From Candidatus Peregrinibacteria bacterium (GTDB lineage Bacteria > Patescibacteriota > Gracilibacteria > UBA1369 > UM-FILTER-53-11), in contig JACPMA010000017.1 in NCBI GenBank assembly GCA_016186205.1, positions 56,777 to 120,776 of the forward strand: a stretch of 64,000 bases of DNA, written 5' to 3'. Position 1 is the first letter of the stretch; the number at the start of each line of letters is the position of its first letter. Below, one piece after another: positions 28,555 through 37,976 of this stretch. Made by a program: the position numbers and the translations under genes. The notes beneath the pieces are model-generated. The model made no database searches. It was not told where the DNA came from and saw nothing but the letters and a program-made list of their open reading frames with translations.

Positions 28555-29418
28555 ACGGATTTCCCAATCAAGTCGAATGCCGACTATATATCGTGAATCT
28601 GAAGTGAGCTCGATTTCAACCCGATCTTTTTTTTCAACCTCGAGCGGTTCGATGAGAGGAAGAAAAATTTGATCCCAATGTGTCCGAGGCGAATAAGGGC
28701 TTATCGAAAGCGTAATTCCGGGAGCGAGCGTGCAAGTCCACCAAACAGCGAAGCCATATATTATGGTGCGTTCATTTAGCGTCCATTGGACTTTTCCGCC
28801 ACGAATACTTTTTTCATTTTTATAAAAATTTATTTCGTCCCATTTTTTTGCGCCGGCTTTTCTAAGAAGTAAATCCTCCCCGCGCATTTTGGAAACATAC
28901 ATATTGTTGAGCGCCGCGCGTTTTGCATCCGACAAATTCATGCCAAATCCTATGCGGTCCCAAGGGTTTATCTCGTCAAAAACGCGTTTCGCTGTAACAG
29001 GTGCAACCCACTGTTCTAAAGATGAAGGTATAATAATGCCACCCGGTTTTAAAAATCGCCGCCCGTCGCGGATGTTTTCAATAATATTTTCTTCAAGCGC
29101 GTAATTGCCTAGCGTTTCTGAAATAATGACATCGACTTTCTCCGGCTGTTTTACGCGCGCAGAGTGAAAAGGGATGAAACGGCAATTCGTGATTTTATTT
29201 GCGCGCGCAATAGTGCGGCTCAATTCCAAAAGCGCTTCGTCTTCTTCGTAAAGGTAGCACGTTTTTGCACCGAGCCGACTCGCAAGCAAGCTCAAAAACC
29301 CAGTTCCAGAGCCAATATCCGCCACTGTCGTCCGGCCGGGACGGATTATTTTTTTAAGTGCATCAAAAAAAGCTTGATTTCGAATCTTATCTCCCAGAAG
29401 TTTCATTTGTAACTCCAT
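28492..29418 (-). CDS. Protein arginine methyltransferase (PRMT)-like enzyme
   Basis: D..RN.AF, VADIGSGTGFLS, VDVIISETLGNYALEE (double-E loop), LKPGG, THW loop (PRTHWDQ). Confidence 0.8.
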   Translation of the reverse strand: MELQMKLLGDKIRNQAFFDALKKIIRPGRTTVADIGSGTGFLSLLASRLGAKTCYLYEEDEALLELSRTIARANKITNCRFIPFHSARVKQPEKVDVIISETLGNYALEENIIENIRDGRRFLKPGGIIIPSSLEQWVAPVTAKRVFDEINPWDRIGFGMNLSDAKRAALNNMYVSKMRGEDLLLRKAGAKKWDEINFYKNEKSIRGGKVQWTLNERTIIYGFAVWWTCTLAPGITLSISPYSPRTHWDQIFLPLIEPLEVEKKDRVEIELTSDSRYIVGIRLDWEIRLFRQSRTLRKIAMSTDHGIQ

Positions 29419-29487
29419 GCTTCAATCTGTGCAGTATCAATTTGTACACATGCACACTTTTTATATAAAACCTGCTTCGCAGGTGAT

Positions 29488-29561
29488 TGGCAGGGGCGGA
29501 AGGAATTGAACCCTCACTCTCCGCTTTGGAGGCGGATGTTCTGCCGTTGAACTACGCCCCT
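29488..29561 (-). tRNA. tRNA-Trp (CCA)
   Basis: Reverse complement AGGGGCGTAGTTCAACGGCAGAAC-A-TCCGC-CTCCAAA-GCGGA...GGTTCAATTCC...GCCA. Confidence 0.95.
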
Positions 29562-29567
29562 ATATTT

Positions 29568-31814
29568 CTATGTGTTCGGTGGGATATTGTAATACTTAAA
29601 TAGAAATTGCGCGATCTCTTGAAAAAGGGGAGCGGCTGTTACGTCCGCCCAAATGGAGCTGCGCGGCCGATCGAGTTTTACAAGAAGCGTGAATTTCGGA
29701 TCTTCAAGCGGCGCGAATCCGATAAATGAAGCAATAGTTGTGCCTGGTCCCTCGAGGGGTTTACCGTGTTTATAAGTCTGTGCGGTGCCGGTTTTGCCGG
29801 CAATATGATAACCGGGCACAGCGCCGCGCCGCGCCACGCCGCTTTCCACCGCGCTTGTCATCATTGCGCCGATCGTAGCCGCAGTTTTTTCTGAAATTAC
29901 GCGGCGCACAGATTCGGGTTCGTATTCCGTCACGCGGCCATCAAGGCTTTCGGTTTTCGATACGATATGAGGCTTCATTAAAATTCCTTTGTTGGCAAGC
30001 GCCGATACGGCCGTAATAAGCTGAATCGGCGTTACGGCGATTCCTTGGCCGAAAGCATACGTTACAAGTTCGCTTTCCGCCCAATTGGCGCCTTCTTTAA
30101 ATCTTCCTTCCTCTTCTCCTTCAAATTCAATATCCGTGCGTTCGCCGAAGCCGAATTTTTTCAAATACCTCGAAAAAAGCTCGCGGCCGATTTTTCTCGA
30201 CACGAAAGCCATGCCGGTGTTGAGCGATTTTTCAAGAACTTCGCGCATGGTTGTAATTCCGTAGTAGGTATTCAAAGCATTATGAATTTCGTATTCATCG
30301 ACTTTAATCGGACCGGTGTCGTTGTACGTGGTTTGCGGCGTGACGTCGCCGTCATCGAGCGCGATCGACATTGCGATTGCTTTAAATACGGAACCCGGTT
30401 CGTAAATGTCAGAAACGACGCGGTTGCGGTATGCACCGGGCCCAAGAATATTTTTGTATTTTGAGACGATCGTTTTTCCGTTTTCCATGGTTTCTTTAAA
30501 AACTTGAATGCGATAGTTGGAGTCGCGGTCGATATAAAGATAATGAGTTTCTTCGCCCGGCGGCCCGACCGAGACGATGTTATTTTTTTCCGCTTCCGTA
30601 AGGCCGATGTCTTCCGTATCCAGCGCTTTGCCGAATTCATTCGGATCAAAAGTGGGATAATGCGCCAGAGCCACGATGCGGCCGGTTTTTGGCTCCATCA
30701 CGACCGCAAGTCCGGAATCGGATTTTGTATCTTGCACGGTTTTCGCGAGCCGTTTTTCGATTTCCATTTGAATTGAACGGTCGATTGTAAGAGTGATGTT
30801 ATCGCCGTCTATGGCCGGTTGAATAATCAAATCATTGCCGACAATAACCTGTTGGCCTGTTGCATCAAGCTGCGTTTTAAAAATTCCTTTTTTTCCGCGC
30901 AGCTGGGCATCGAAACTTTGTTCAATGCCATATAAGCCGCCGCGATCAGAAATAAATCCGATTATCTGCGCTGCCAATGAACCTTCCGGATAATACCTAT
31001 ATGTTTTTTCCTGAAAGTTTATGCCTGCAAATAAATCGCGCTTCGATTTTTTATCTTCTTCGATAAGTTTGCGAATTTCTTGTTCGATATTCGGCGGAAC
31101 TTTTTGCCGGAGCACGACATAGCGGTTTCGTCCTACGAGCAATTCGCGCAAACGTTCAACTGGAATATCTATAATAGGCGAGAGGATTTGTGCGGCATAA
31201 TCCGGATCGCTGATTTGAGCGGGATACGCCATAATGGCTTCTAGATTTGCTTCCACGCCAGTGACTTTTTGCTTTGCAAAAAATTTCAGCATTTCTTCGC
31301 CGGGTTCTTTATAAAGGATGATCGATTGACGCGTTTTCTGGCTTATTTTCTCAAAGAGTTCGCTGCGAAAATCTTGCCTTAATTCTTCCTCTGGTTTTGG
31401 CGTAATCCGCGCAAGCTCTTCTTTAGAAGGATTATCCGGCAAAAGCCGTTTGAGATTGCGAATCCGCCGTTGATCCTTTTCATCCGCCAGTTTTTTATCA
31501 AAAAGAAGAGACGCCAATTTATCCGTGAGGTAACTCGGGTCTTTAATAAGCGTCGGATCTGCAAAAAGAAGAGGAAATGATGTATTTGTAGCAAGACGAA
31601 AAACTTCTTTAGATTGGTAGTCCTGAATGAGAATTTCGCCGCGGCGCGGCTTCACTTCATTATAACCAAGATGGCCTTGCTGGGCCTTCGCTGCATAGTC
31701 GCCATAGTTTATAACTTGAAGCTGAAATAATTTTCCTAAAATAACCGCTGAAAAAAGAAGGCTTATAAAAAGAAGGAAAAAGACGCGATTGAGTTTAAAG
31801 CGGCGGAGCGACAT
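29568..31814 (-). CDS. Class B penicillin-binding protein (FtsI/PBP2-like)
   Basis: N-terminal TM, RG.I, RYYP, EPGSVFK, SLN, KTGT. Confidence 0.92.
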   Translation of the reverse strand: MSLRRFKLNRVFFLLFISLLFSAVILGKLFQLQVINYGDYAAKAQQGHLGYNEVKPRRGEILIQDYQSKEVFRLATNTSFPLLFADPTLIKDPSYLTDKLASLLFDKKLADEKDQRRIRNLKRLLPDNPSKEELARITPKPEEELRQDFRSELFEKISQKTRQSIILYKEPGEEMLKFFAKQKVTGVEANLEAIMAYPAQISDPDYAAQILSPIIDIPVERLRELLVGRNRYVVLRQKVPPNIEQEIRKLIEEDKKSKRDLFAGINFQEKTYRYYPEGSLAAQIIGFISDRGGLYGIEQSFDAQLRGKKGIFKTQLDATGQQVIVGNDLIIQPAIDGDNITLTIDRSIQMEIEKRLAKTVQDTKSDSGLAVVMEPKTGRIVALAHYPTFDPNEFGKALDTEDIGLTEAEKNNIVSVGPPGEETHYLYIDRDSNYRIQVFKETMENGKTIVSKYKNILGPGAYRNRVVSDIYEPGSVFKAIAMSIALDDGDVTPQTTYNDTGPIKVDEYEIHNALNTYYGITTMREVLEKSLNTGMAFVSRKIGRELFSRYLKKFGFGERTDIEFEGEEEGRFKEGANWAESELVTYAFGQGIAVTPIQLITAVSALANKGILMKPHIVSKTESLDGRVTEYEPESVRRVISEKTAATIGAMMTSAVESGVARRGAVPGYHIAGKTGTAQTYKHGKPLEGPGTTIASFIGFAPLEDPKFTLLVKLDRPRSSIWADVTAAPLFQEIAQFLFKYYNIPPNT

Positions 31815-31853
31815 GGGATTTTATTATAGCGTAATTTATGATATGAAAGGTGC

Positions 31854-33116
31854 ATGCAAAAAGAGGTTTTCAAAAACGGTCTTCGGGTGGTGACTAAAAA
31901 ACTTGCCAACACGCAGTCGGTTACGGTTTTGATTTTGGCAGGCGCCGGCTCGCGATACGAGACGAAAAAACTCAACGGCATTTCGCATTTCCTCGAGCAC
32001 ATGTTTTTTAAAGGCGCGAAGAAATATAAAACAGCCAAAGATGTTTCCGGCGCGATTGACGGAGTTGGCGGCGATTTCAACGCATTTACCGGAAAAGAAT
32101 ATGTCGGATATTACGTGAAACTCGCGGCTAAGCATGTTGATACGGCCATGGATGTGCTTTCCGACATGCTAGTTCATTCGCGATTCGATACTCATGAAAT
32201 CGATAAAGAACGGGGCGTCATCATGGAAGAGTACAATATGTATCAAGACACGCCGATGTACCAAGTCGGGTGGGATTTTGAAAAGCTTATGTACGGCGAT
32301 CAGCCTATGGGGTGGGATCAAGTCGGCACAAAGGAGCTTATAAATACTGTGACGCGCGAGGATTTTACGGCTTATAAAAAAGCTCTCTACACGCCGGAAA
32401 ATATCGTAATCAGCGTGGCTGGAAACGTGTCGCACGAAGACGCATGCGGTCTTGTGAAAAAATATTTCAAGTTTGAATCCGGAAAAAAAGCCTATTCGTA
32501 TGCCGCGCTGGAGCCGAATCCTAGCCTTGAGCGCGTTTATCTTCAGCACAAAAAAACCGAACAGGCGCATGTCGTGGTAGGATTTCCGGGTTATCCGGAA
32601 GAGCATAAAGATCATTATGCGGAGAAAGTTTTAGCCGTGATTTTGGGCGGCAACATGAGTTCGCGGATGTTTTTGGCTGTGCGCGAAGCCAAGGGGCTTG
32701 CGTATTACGTGCAGACTTCGACGGATGATTATTTGGACACCGGAATTATTTCCACCCGCGCCGGCGTTGACACAAAACGCGCACCGCTCGCTGTTGAAGC
32801 GATTTGTGCGGAATATAAAAAAATCCGCGGCGAAAAAGTGCCGGCCGCAGAACTCAAAAAAGCAAAGGAATATTTAAAAGGAAAGTTGATTTTACGGCTT
32901 GAAGACAGCGAGGAATATGCTCATCTAATCGGAAAAACCGAACTCCTCCATTGTAAAATGGAAACCCCGGAACATATTATGGAGGAGATTGATAAAGTCA
33001 CGGCGTCCGATATCGCGCGCGTTTCCGAAGATTTATTCCGGCCCGACCGTCTCCGTCTTGCCGCAATCGGACCGTATGAGAAAAAAGAGGAGTTTGAAGA
33101 ATTATTGAAGATATAA
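31854..33116 (+). CDS. M16 (pitrilysin-family) zinc peptidase
   Basis: HFLEH.FKG, NAFT, E..V..EE, SR....RE..GLAY. Confidence 0.93.
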   Translation: MQKEVFKNGLRVVTKKLANTQSVTVLILAGAGSRYETKKLNGISHFLEHMFFKGAKKYKTAKDVSGAIDGVGGDFNAFTGKEYVGYYVKLAAKHVDTAMDVLSDMLVHSRFDTHEIDKERGVIMEEYNMYQDTPMYQVGWDFEKLMYGDQPMGWDQVGTKELINTVTREDFTAYKKALYTPENIVISVAGNVSHEDACGLVKKYFKFESGKKAYSYAALEPNPSLERVYLQHKKTEQAHVVVGFPGYPEEHKDHYAEKVLAVILGGNMSSRMFLAVREAKGLAYYVQTSTDDYLDTGIISTRAGVDTKRAPLAVEAICAEYKKIRGEKVPAAELKKAKEYLKGKLILRLEDSEEYAHLIGKTELLHCKMETPEHIMEEIDKVTASDIARVSEDLFRPDRLRLAAIGPYEKKEEFEELLKI

Positions 33117-33461
33117 TCAGCTCCTAAATTCTTGCAACAAAATTTCAAGCGCAAGAAAAAATCCGGGTAAGATAAAAATCAAAATGGCCAAAACAATCAT
33201 TAGAACAGAAACGGACTGAGCCTTTTTGCCCTTAATTTCTCCTTCGGCAACTGCCGGAAACATTTCAACAACCACGTAATCAAATTCAGCAGTGCGGATT
33301 CCGATGAAGCCTTTTAGTAAAAGTGCCACTCCGAAAATAAACCAAGCTACATAAAGTCCAAATTCATTCCAGGGTTCGGGCAGAAAAAAAGCAGTGACTA
33401 AAACGACAACACCCAGCCACAGAATGCGATTGTATATAGCGACAAAGTATCGTATCTGCAT
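33117..33461 (-). CDS. Small membrane protein
   Basis: Three hydrophobic helices; upstream extended -10. Confidence 0.6.
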   Translation of the reverse strand: MQIRYFVAIYNRILWLGVVVLVTAFFLPEPWNEFGLYVAWFIFGVALLLKGFIGIRTAEFDYVVVEMFPAVAEGEIKGKKAQSVSVLMIVLAILIFILPGFFLALEILLQEFRS

Positions 33462-33584
33462 TGGGTTTTGTTTTTATATTAACTACGATAATGTTATTTT
33501 AACATAAAAATAATTCTTTATCAAGTGATACCCTGTATACTCTACTGGCAGATTTGTGAGTTTGTCTTACAATCAATCAGGTAT

Positions 33585-34058
33585 ATGGAACGTACACTTA
33601 TTCTTATCAAGCCGGACGGCATTCAGCGCGGACTCATTGGAGAAGTTATTAAGCGCTTTGAACGGAAAGGACTCAAGCTAATCGGCATTAAAATGATGAC
33701 GCTTGATGAGGCGGTTTTGCGCGAGCACTATGCGCATATTGCGAGCAAGTCGTTTTATCCCGGCGTGGAAAATTTTATGAAATCAACGCCTGTGATCGCT
33801 ATGTGTTGGGAAGGCGTCGAAGCGGTTGAAACCGTAAGGATGCTGGCTGGCATAACGAAAGCGCGTGCCGCAGCGCCCGGAACCGTGCGCGGAGATTTTG
33901 CAATGAGCGTGGCGTGCAATGTGATTCATGCATCGGATTCCTATGATACGGCCGTAAAAGAAGTTAAGCGTTTCTTTAAGCCCGATGAACTTTTTGAATA
34001 CGACAAAACCGAATACCTCCACGTCTATTTGGAGGACGAAATCGCCGGAAATAGATAA
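33585..34058 (+). CDS. ndk: Nucleoside-diphosphate kinase
   Basis: MERTLILIKPDG, PGTVRGDF, NVIHASDS. Confidence 0.97.
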   Translation: MERTLILIKPDGIQRGLIGEVIKRFERKGLKLIGIKMMTLDEAVLREHYAHIASKSFYPGVENFMKSTPVIAMCWEGVEAVETVRMLAGITKARAAAPGTVRGDFAMSVACNVIHASDSYDTAVKEVKRFFKPDELFEYDKTEYLHVYLEDEIAGNR

Positions 34059-34065
34059 GCTGGAT

Positions 34066-34160
34066 AGGCCGCCGAGGAGCGGGTCTCGTGGGTTCCCGCT
34101 CCGAGGTCATACGCGGGCGGCCTCAAGTAGCGCACAGCGCGGTAGGCCGCCCGCGAAAGA
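34066..34160. repeat. GC-rich double-hairpin element between ndk and the pabB core
   Basis: GGAGCGGG..CCCGCTCC and CGCGGGCGGCCT..AGGCCGCCCGCG; shares GGGTCTYGTGGGTTYCCGCTCCGAGG with the copy at ~54209-54237. Confidence 0.7.
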
Positions 34161-34164
34161 GTGG

Positions 34165-35454
34165 GTGTTTTTCGGGCCATATATTTGTCATGTTGATAAA
34201 AGTGTGAAGGTGTCAAAAGGTGAAGCCGGTTTGTTATTCATGCGCGAATTTTTGAGGAAAAATTTTCGTCCGCGACGGGCCGATGATCCGCCGTTTGTGT
34301 CGGGTTTTGTTGGTTTTGTAAGTTATGATTTGGGTGCGAAATGGTCAGCCGAGCAGTCTTTGTTAAAGGTTCCTGTTAAGGTTCCTGTTTACGAGGCAAT
34401 CTGTCCTGATGCGCATTTTGTTTTTGTAGATAGGGTATTTACAAATTTTGAAAAAACCGATCAATTTATGCCCGGGCATCAATCACAAAATATCCAACAA
34501 AATTGGCAAGTGCCGAGCGGTCGCGAAGAATATTTTGAAAAAATCTCGCGGATCAAAGAATATCTTTACGCCGGCGAAACATACCAAGTGAATTTTTCGC
34601 AGAAATTTGAAGCGCCGTATAACGGAAATGCATTTGAGCTTTACCAAAAACTTTCCGCCATCAATCCATCGCCATTCCAATTTTTTATGGAAACTTCCGA
34701 TTGGGCGATTATTTCTAATTCGCCGGAGAGACTGTTTAAGATACGCAAGCAAGATGGTTTGATGCCGCCGCAGCTCGGGTCTTGTGGGTCCCGAGCGGAG
34801 GCGGCCAAAGGAAGGGGGGCGAGTCCGAAGCGAAGCGAGGCGAGCTCGTGGGGGAAACGTAGTTTCCCCCAGATTATCTCCACGCGTCCCATAAAAGGGA
34901 CGATGCCGCGCGGCCGTACGCCGGAAGAAGACGCTATCAATATCCAAAAACTCCTCGCGAGCCCGAAAGAAGCTGCTGAACTCGCCATGATTGTCGACCT
35001 TGAACGCAATGATCTTGGAAAATTGTGCAAGCCCGGTACCGTCGAGGTAAACGAGGATCGCGTAATCGAAAAATATTCCCATGTTATTCATACGGTTTCA
35101 AATATCCGCGGCGTACTGATGCAGCAGTACGATTGGTACGATGCTTTAAAAGCTCTTTTCCCTGGCGGATCCGTTACCGGCGCGCCAAAAAAGCGAACCA
35201 TAGAAATCATTTCGAAGCTTGAAGGAGAACCTCGCGGCATTTATTGCGGAAGCGCCGGCTGGATTGATCTTTCCGGCGAGTGCGATTTTAATATTATGAT
35301 CCGCACTTTATGGCTTGAAAAAAACAAAAACGGTGGTACACTTATATTCCGTTCCGGCGGAGGAATTGTGGTGGATTCCGACCCGCAGAAGGAATACGAA
35401 GAAACCATCCATAAAGCAGAAGCCTTATTTTCCGCCATGAACGTGTTAAAATAG
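34165..35454 (+). CDS. pabB: Aminodeoxychorismate synthase component I (start uncertain; carries an in-frame palindromic insertion)
   Basis: G.VG..SYD, GETYQVN, SPER, TRPIKGT, MIVDLERND, FPGGSVTGAPK, GGGIV.DS. Confidence 0.85.
   Translation: MFFGPYICHVDKSVKVSKGEAGLLFMREFLRKNFRPRRADDPPFVSGFVGFVSYDLGAKWSAEQSLLKVPVKVPVYEAICPDAHFVFVDRVFTNFEKTDQFMPGHQSQNIQQNWQVPSGREEYFEKISRIKEYLYAGETYQVNFSQKFEAPYNGNAFELYQKLSAINPSPFQFFMETSDWAIISNSPERLFKIRKQDGLMPPQLGSCGSRAEAAKGRGASPKRSEASSWGKRSFPQIISTRPIKGTMPRGRTPEEDAINIQKLLASPKEAAELAMIVDLERNDLGKLCKPGTVEVNEDRVIEKYSHVIHTVSNIRGVLMQQYDWYDALKALFPGGSVTGAPKKRTIEIISKLEGEPRGIYCGSAGWIDLSGECDFNIMIRTLWLEKNKNGGTLIFRSGGGIVVDSDPQKEYEETIHKAEALFSAMNVLK
34764..34871 (+). mobile_element. 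Family-P palindromic element inserted in frame in pabB
   Basis: Adds ~36 aa between SPERLF and TRPIKGT; homologous to 25508-25630 and 59578-59645. Confidence 0.8.
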
Positions 35455-35458
35455 CGGT

Positions 35459-36262
35459 ATGGTGGTCTACCTTAATGGAAAATTCGTGAATGCGCGTGAT
35501 GCCAAAATATCCATTTTTGATCCTGGTTTTTTGTACGGCGACGGCATTTTTGAAACTTTGCGCACATACCGAGGAAAAATTTGGCAAATGGAGGAGCATT
35601 TGCAGCGGTTGTACGAATCGGCGCGGATGAGAGGCTGGAAATTATCATGGTCTGAAAAAGAGCTCGCGGAAGTTGTGGAAAAATCCGTGCTCAAAAATAA
35701 TTTTCCAGAATCGCGCGTGCGCGTCACCATCACGCCGGGCGTTAAACAGCCGACGCTTTTTATTTGGGTGGCTCCGCTTGAACATATTCCTGCGAGAGCT
35801 TATACAGAGGGCGTTTCGGTAATTACGTTCCCGCTGGAACGTCCATTTCCGCAAATGAAAACGACGAGCATTCAGCCGCTTTTGATCGCCCGTTCCGAAA
35901 TGGCGAAAAAACGCGTTTTTGAAGCGCTTCTCATTAATCGAAAAGGAAATATTACGGAAGGAACGTGGACGAATGTGTTTATTATAAAACGAAAAACTCT
36001 TATTACCCCGCGGCTCGGCGTTCTGCTCGGCACTACGCGCGACACGGTTTTAAAACTTGCAAAATCGCTCTTTCGGATAAAACTCCGCGACATTTCACGG
36101 CAGCAATTGATGCGCGCAGACGAATGTTTTCTCACAAACGCGCCGAAAGGAATTATTCCGGTTGTGCGCGTTGATGGAGAAAAAATCAGAACCGGCCGCG
36201 TGGGACCGATCACCAAGCATCTCCAAAAAGAATTTGAAAAACGCGTATGGAAAAACGAGTGA
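35459..36262 (+). CDS. pabC: Class IV PLP aminotransferase / 4-amino-4-deoxychorismate lyase
   Basis: D.GFLYGDG.FET, H..RL, EG...N.F, L.G.TR, ADE.FLTN; located between pabB and folP. Confidence 0.8.
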   Translation: MVVYLNGKFVNARDAKISIFDPGFLYGDGIFETLRTYRGKIWQMEEHLQRLYESARMRGWKLSWSEKELAEVVEKSVLKNNFPESRVRVTITPGVKQPTLFIWVAPLEHIPARAYTEGVSVITFPLERPFPQMKTTSIQPLLIARSEMAKKRVFEALLINRKGNITEGTWTNVFIIKRKTLITPRLGVLLGTTRDTVLKLAKSLFRIKLRDISRQQLMRADECFLTNAPKGIIPVVRVDGEKIRTGRVGPITKHLQKEFEKRVWKNE

Positions 36263-37053
36263 AAATCATGGGGATACTTAATGTGACGCCGGATTCTTTT
36301 TCCGATGGCGGAAAATATATGAATTCTCGTCACGCGGTCGAGCGTGCCACTGAACTCATGTATGAAGGCGCGGATATTATTGATATCGGCGGGGAATCAA
36401 GCGGACCTGGAAGCATATATGTTCCGGTCGAGGAAGAACTTCGACGGGTGCTTTTGGTAATTCATAGGGTTCACAGAAGAGCGCGAGGCAAAGCCCTTAT
36501 TTCCATCGATACGTATAAGGCCGAAGTAGCCATGCAATGCATTTTAAATGGCGCTGATATGATTAATGATGTTACCGCTCTCCGCGGCGATCCGGAAATG
36601 GCGCATATTGTTGCCGAAACCGGCGTGCCGATCATTCTCATGTATTCAAAAGATCCAACTGCGCGAACCACGCGTATTAAAAAACGCTATCGCGATGTTA
36701 TAAAAACCGTCAGTGATTTTTTTGAGGAACGGATTGATTTTGCCCTTCGCGCCGGCATCAGGCGCGGGCAGATTATTATTGATCCGGGCATGGGCGCTTT
36801 TATCAGCATGGAGCCGAAATACAGTTATGAAATTTTGCATAGGCTTGGTGAATTTAAGAAGTTCTGTATGCCGATTTTGGTCGGCACATCGCGCAAATCT
36901 TTTTTGCCGGGAACCATTGAACAGCGCCTCGAACCCACGCTTGCCGCAAATCTTCTAGCGATCCAAAACGGCGCTGATATTATTCGCGTTCATGATGTCG
37001 CTGCGCATCGGCGGCTCGTCGAAACTTTAGAATGTTATACTCAAGCCGCATGA
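36247..37053 (+). CDS. folP: Dihydropteroate synthase
   Basis: MGILNVTPDSFSDGG, IDIGGES, SIDT, IDPG, SRKSF, RVHDV. Confidence 0.97.
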   Translation: MEKRVKIMGILNVTPDSFSDGGKYMNSRHAVERATELMYEGADIIDIGGESSGPGSIYVPVEEELRRVLLVIHRVHRRARGKALISIDTYKAEVAMQCILNGADMINDVTALRGDPEMAHIVAETGVPIILMYSKDPTARTTRIKKRYRDVIKTVSDFFEERIDFALRAGIRRGQIIIDPGMGAFISMEPKYSYEILHRLGEFKKFCMPILVGTSRKSFLPGTIEQRLEPTLAANLLAIQNGADIIRVHDVAAHRRLVETLECYTQAA

Positions 37054-37412
37054 AAGTCACCCGTCAATTTTCTTTTTCCGCAGCCCACCATCTTACCGAT
37101 TATTATGGTGAATGTGAGAGACCGCACGGCCATACATATCGGTTGGCGGTAACGGTGGAAGGATCTGTTGCCGCCAATGGACTTGTTGTTGATTTTGCAG
37201 CGCTCAAAAAAATTGTTGAGAAAAAAGTGATTTCAAAAGTCGATCATCATGATTTGAATGATTTTTTCAAAAATCCTTCTGCGGAAAATATCGCTATTTG
37301 GGTTTGGAAACAGCTCAAAAATATCGGTAAAGACACGAAAACGAAAGTACAACTTATATCCATCCAACTTTGGGAAGGGGATAATACTTCTGTTATTTAT
37401 GAAGGAGATTGA
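37050..37412 (+). CDS. queD: 6-carboxytetrahydropterin synthase, dual PTPS-I/III type
   Basis: FSAAH, CERPHGH, DH..LN, PSAEN. Confidence 0.92.
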   Translation: MKVTRQFSFSAAHHLTDYYGECERPHGHTYRLAVTVEGSVAANGLVVDFAALKKIVEKKVISKVDHHDLNDFFKNPSAENIAIWVWKQLKNIGKDTKTKVQLISIQLWEGDNTSVIYEGD

Positions 37413-37968
37413 GCGCAAAATTTTGGAGATCGATAAACGTAAGCTGTTTTCACGTATTAAAACGCTAAAACCGCGGCCGCGTAAAATTTTCGAAGGCAAA
37501 GTAACAATCCGCTATTTTGATTTTCCTGATGGCCGAATTCGGAAAAAGCGTGACCTTCTGCGCCTTCGCGTTATTTCGCCGAAAGGAGCCAAGCCGTTTA
37601 CTGAACTTGTTTACAAAACGTATCTTGGGATTAAAAAAGGCTGCAAGTATTTCGACGAACTCGAGTTTCCGATTCCCGGCAGCCAGGATTTCGAAAGACT
37701 TACTAAATTTTTCGCGCAGCTCGGACTAAAAAAAACCGTTGAATATGAAAAAAAGCGCACCCTCTACGCGCAAGGCAAAGTTCATTTTGAAATTGATGAA
37801 CACCCAAAAATTCCAGCATTCCTCGAAATTGAAGCGCCATCACCGCAGCATATCGAAAAAGCAATCCGCCAGCTCGGCCTCGAAAATCACGAACAAACTG
37901 CAGAATCCATCGGTGAGCTTTTGAAGCGAAAATATCCGAAGATTTCACTTAACGGACTGAAATTTTAA
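37399..37968 (+). CDS. CYTH / triphosphate tunnel metalloenzyme
   Basis: N-terminal EIERK, LRLR, EK.R, FLEIE; start reassigned to MKEIERK. Confidence 0.85.
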   Translation: MKEIERKILEIDKRKLFSRIKTLKPRPRKIFEGKVTIRYFDFPDGRIRKKRDLLRLRVISPKGAKPFTELVYKTYLGIKKGCKYFDELEFPIPGSQDFERLTKFFAQLGLKKTVEYEKKRTLYAQGKVHFEIDEHPKIPAFLEIEAPSPQHIEKAIRQLGLENHEQTAESIGELLKRKYPKISLNGLKF

Positions 37969-37976
37969 TAGAGCAA

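Noticed and set aside
14782-29561. Prophage or integrative element bounded by tRNAs
   Set aside because: No integrase, phage structural genes or duplicated tRNA 3' end (att site) was seen, and ribosomal protein genes lie within the interval.
33985-34164. Track start of pabB at 33985
   Set aside because: It overlaps ndk by 74 nt and translates a hairpin element; the true start is probably downstream (34165 or 34240), unresolved.
34483-35091. 202-aa minus-strand ORF
   Set aside because: Antisense shadow of pabB.
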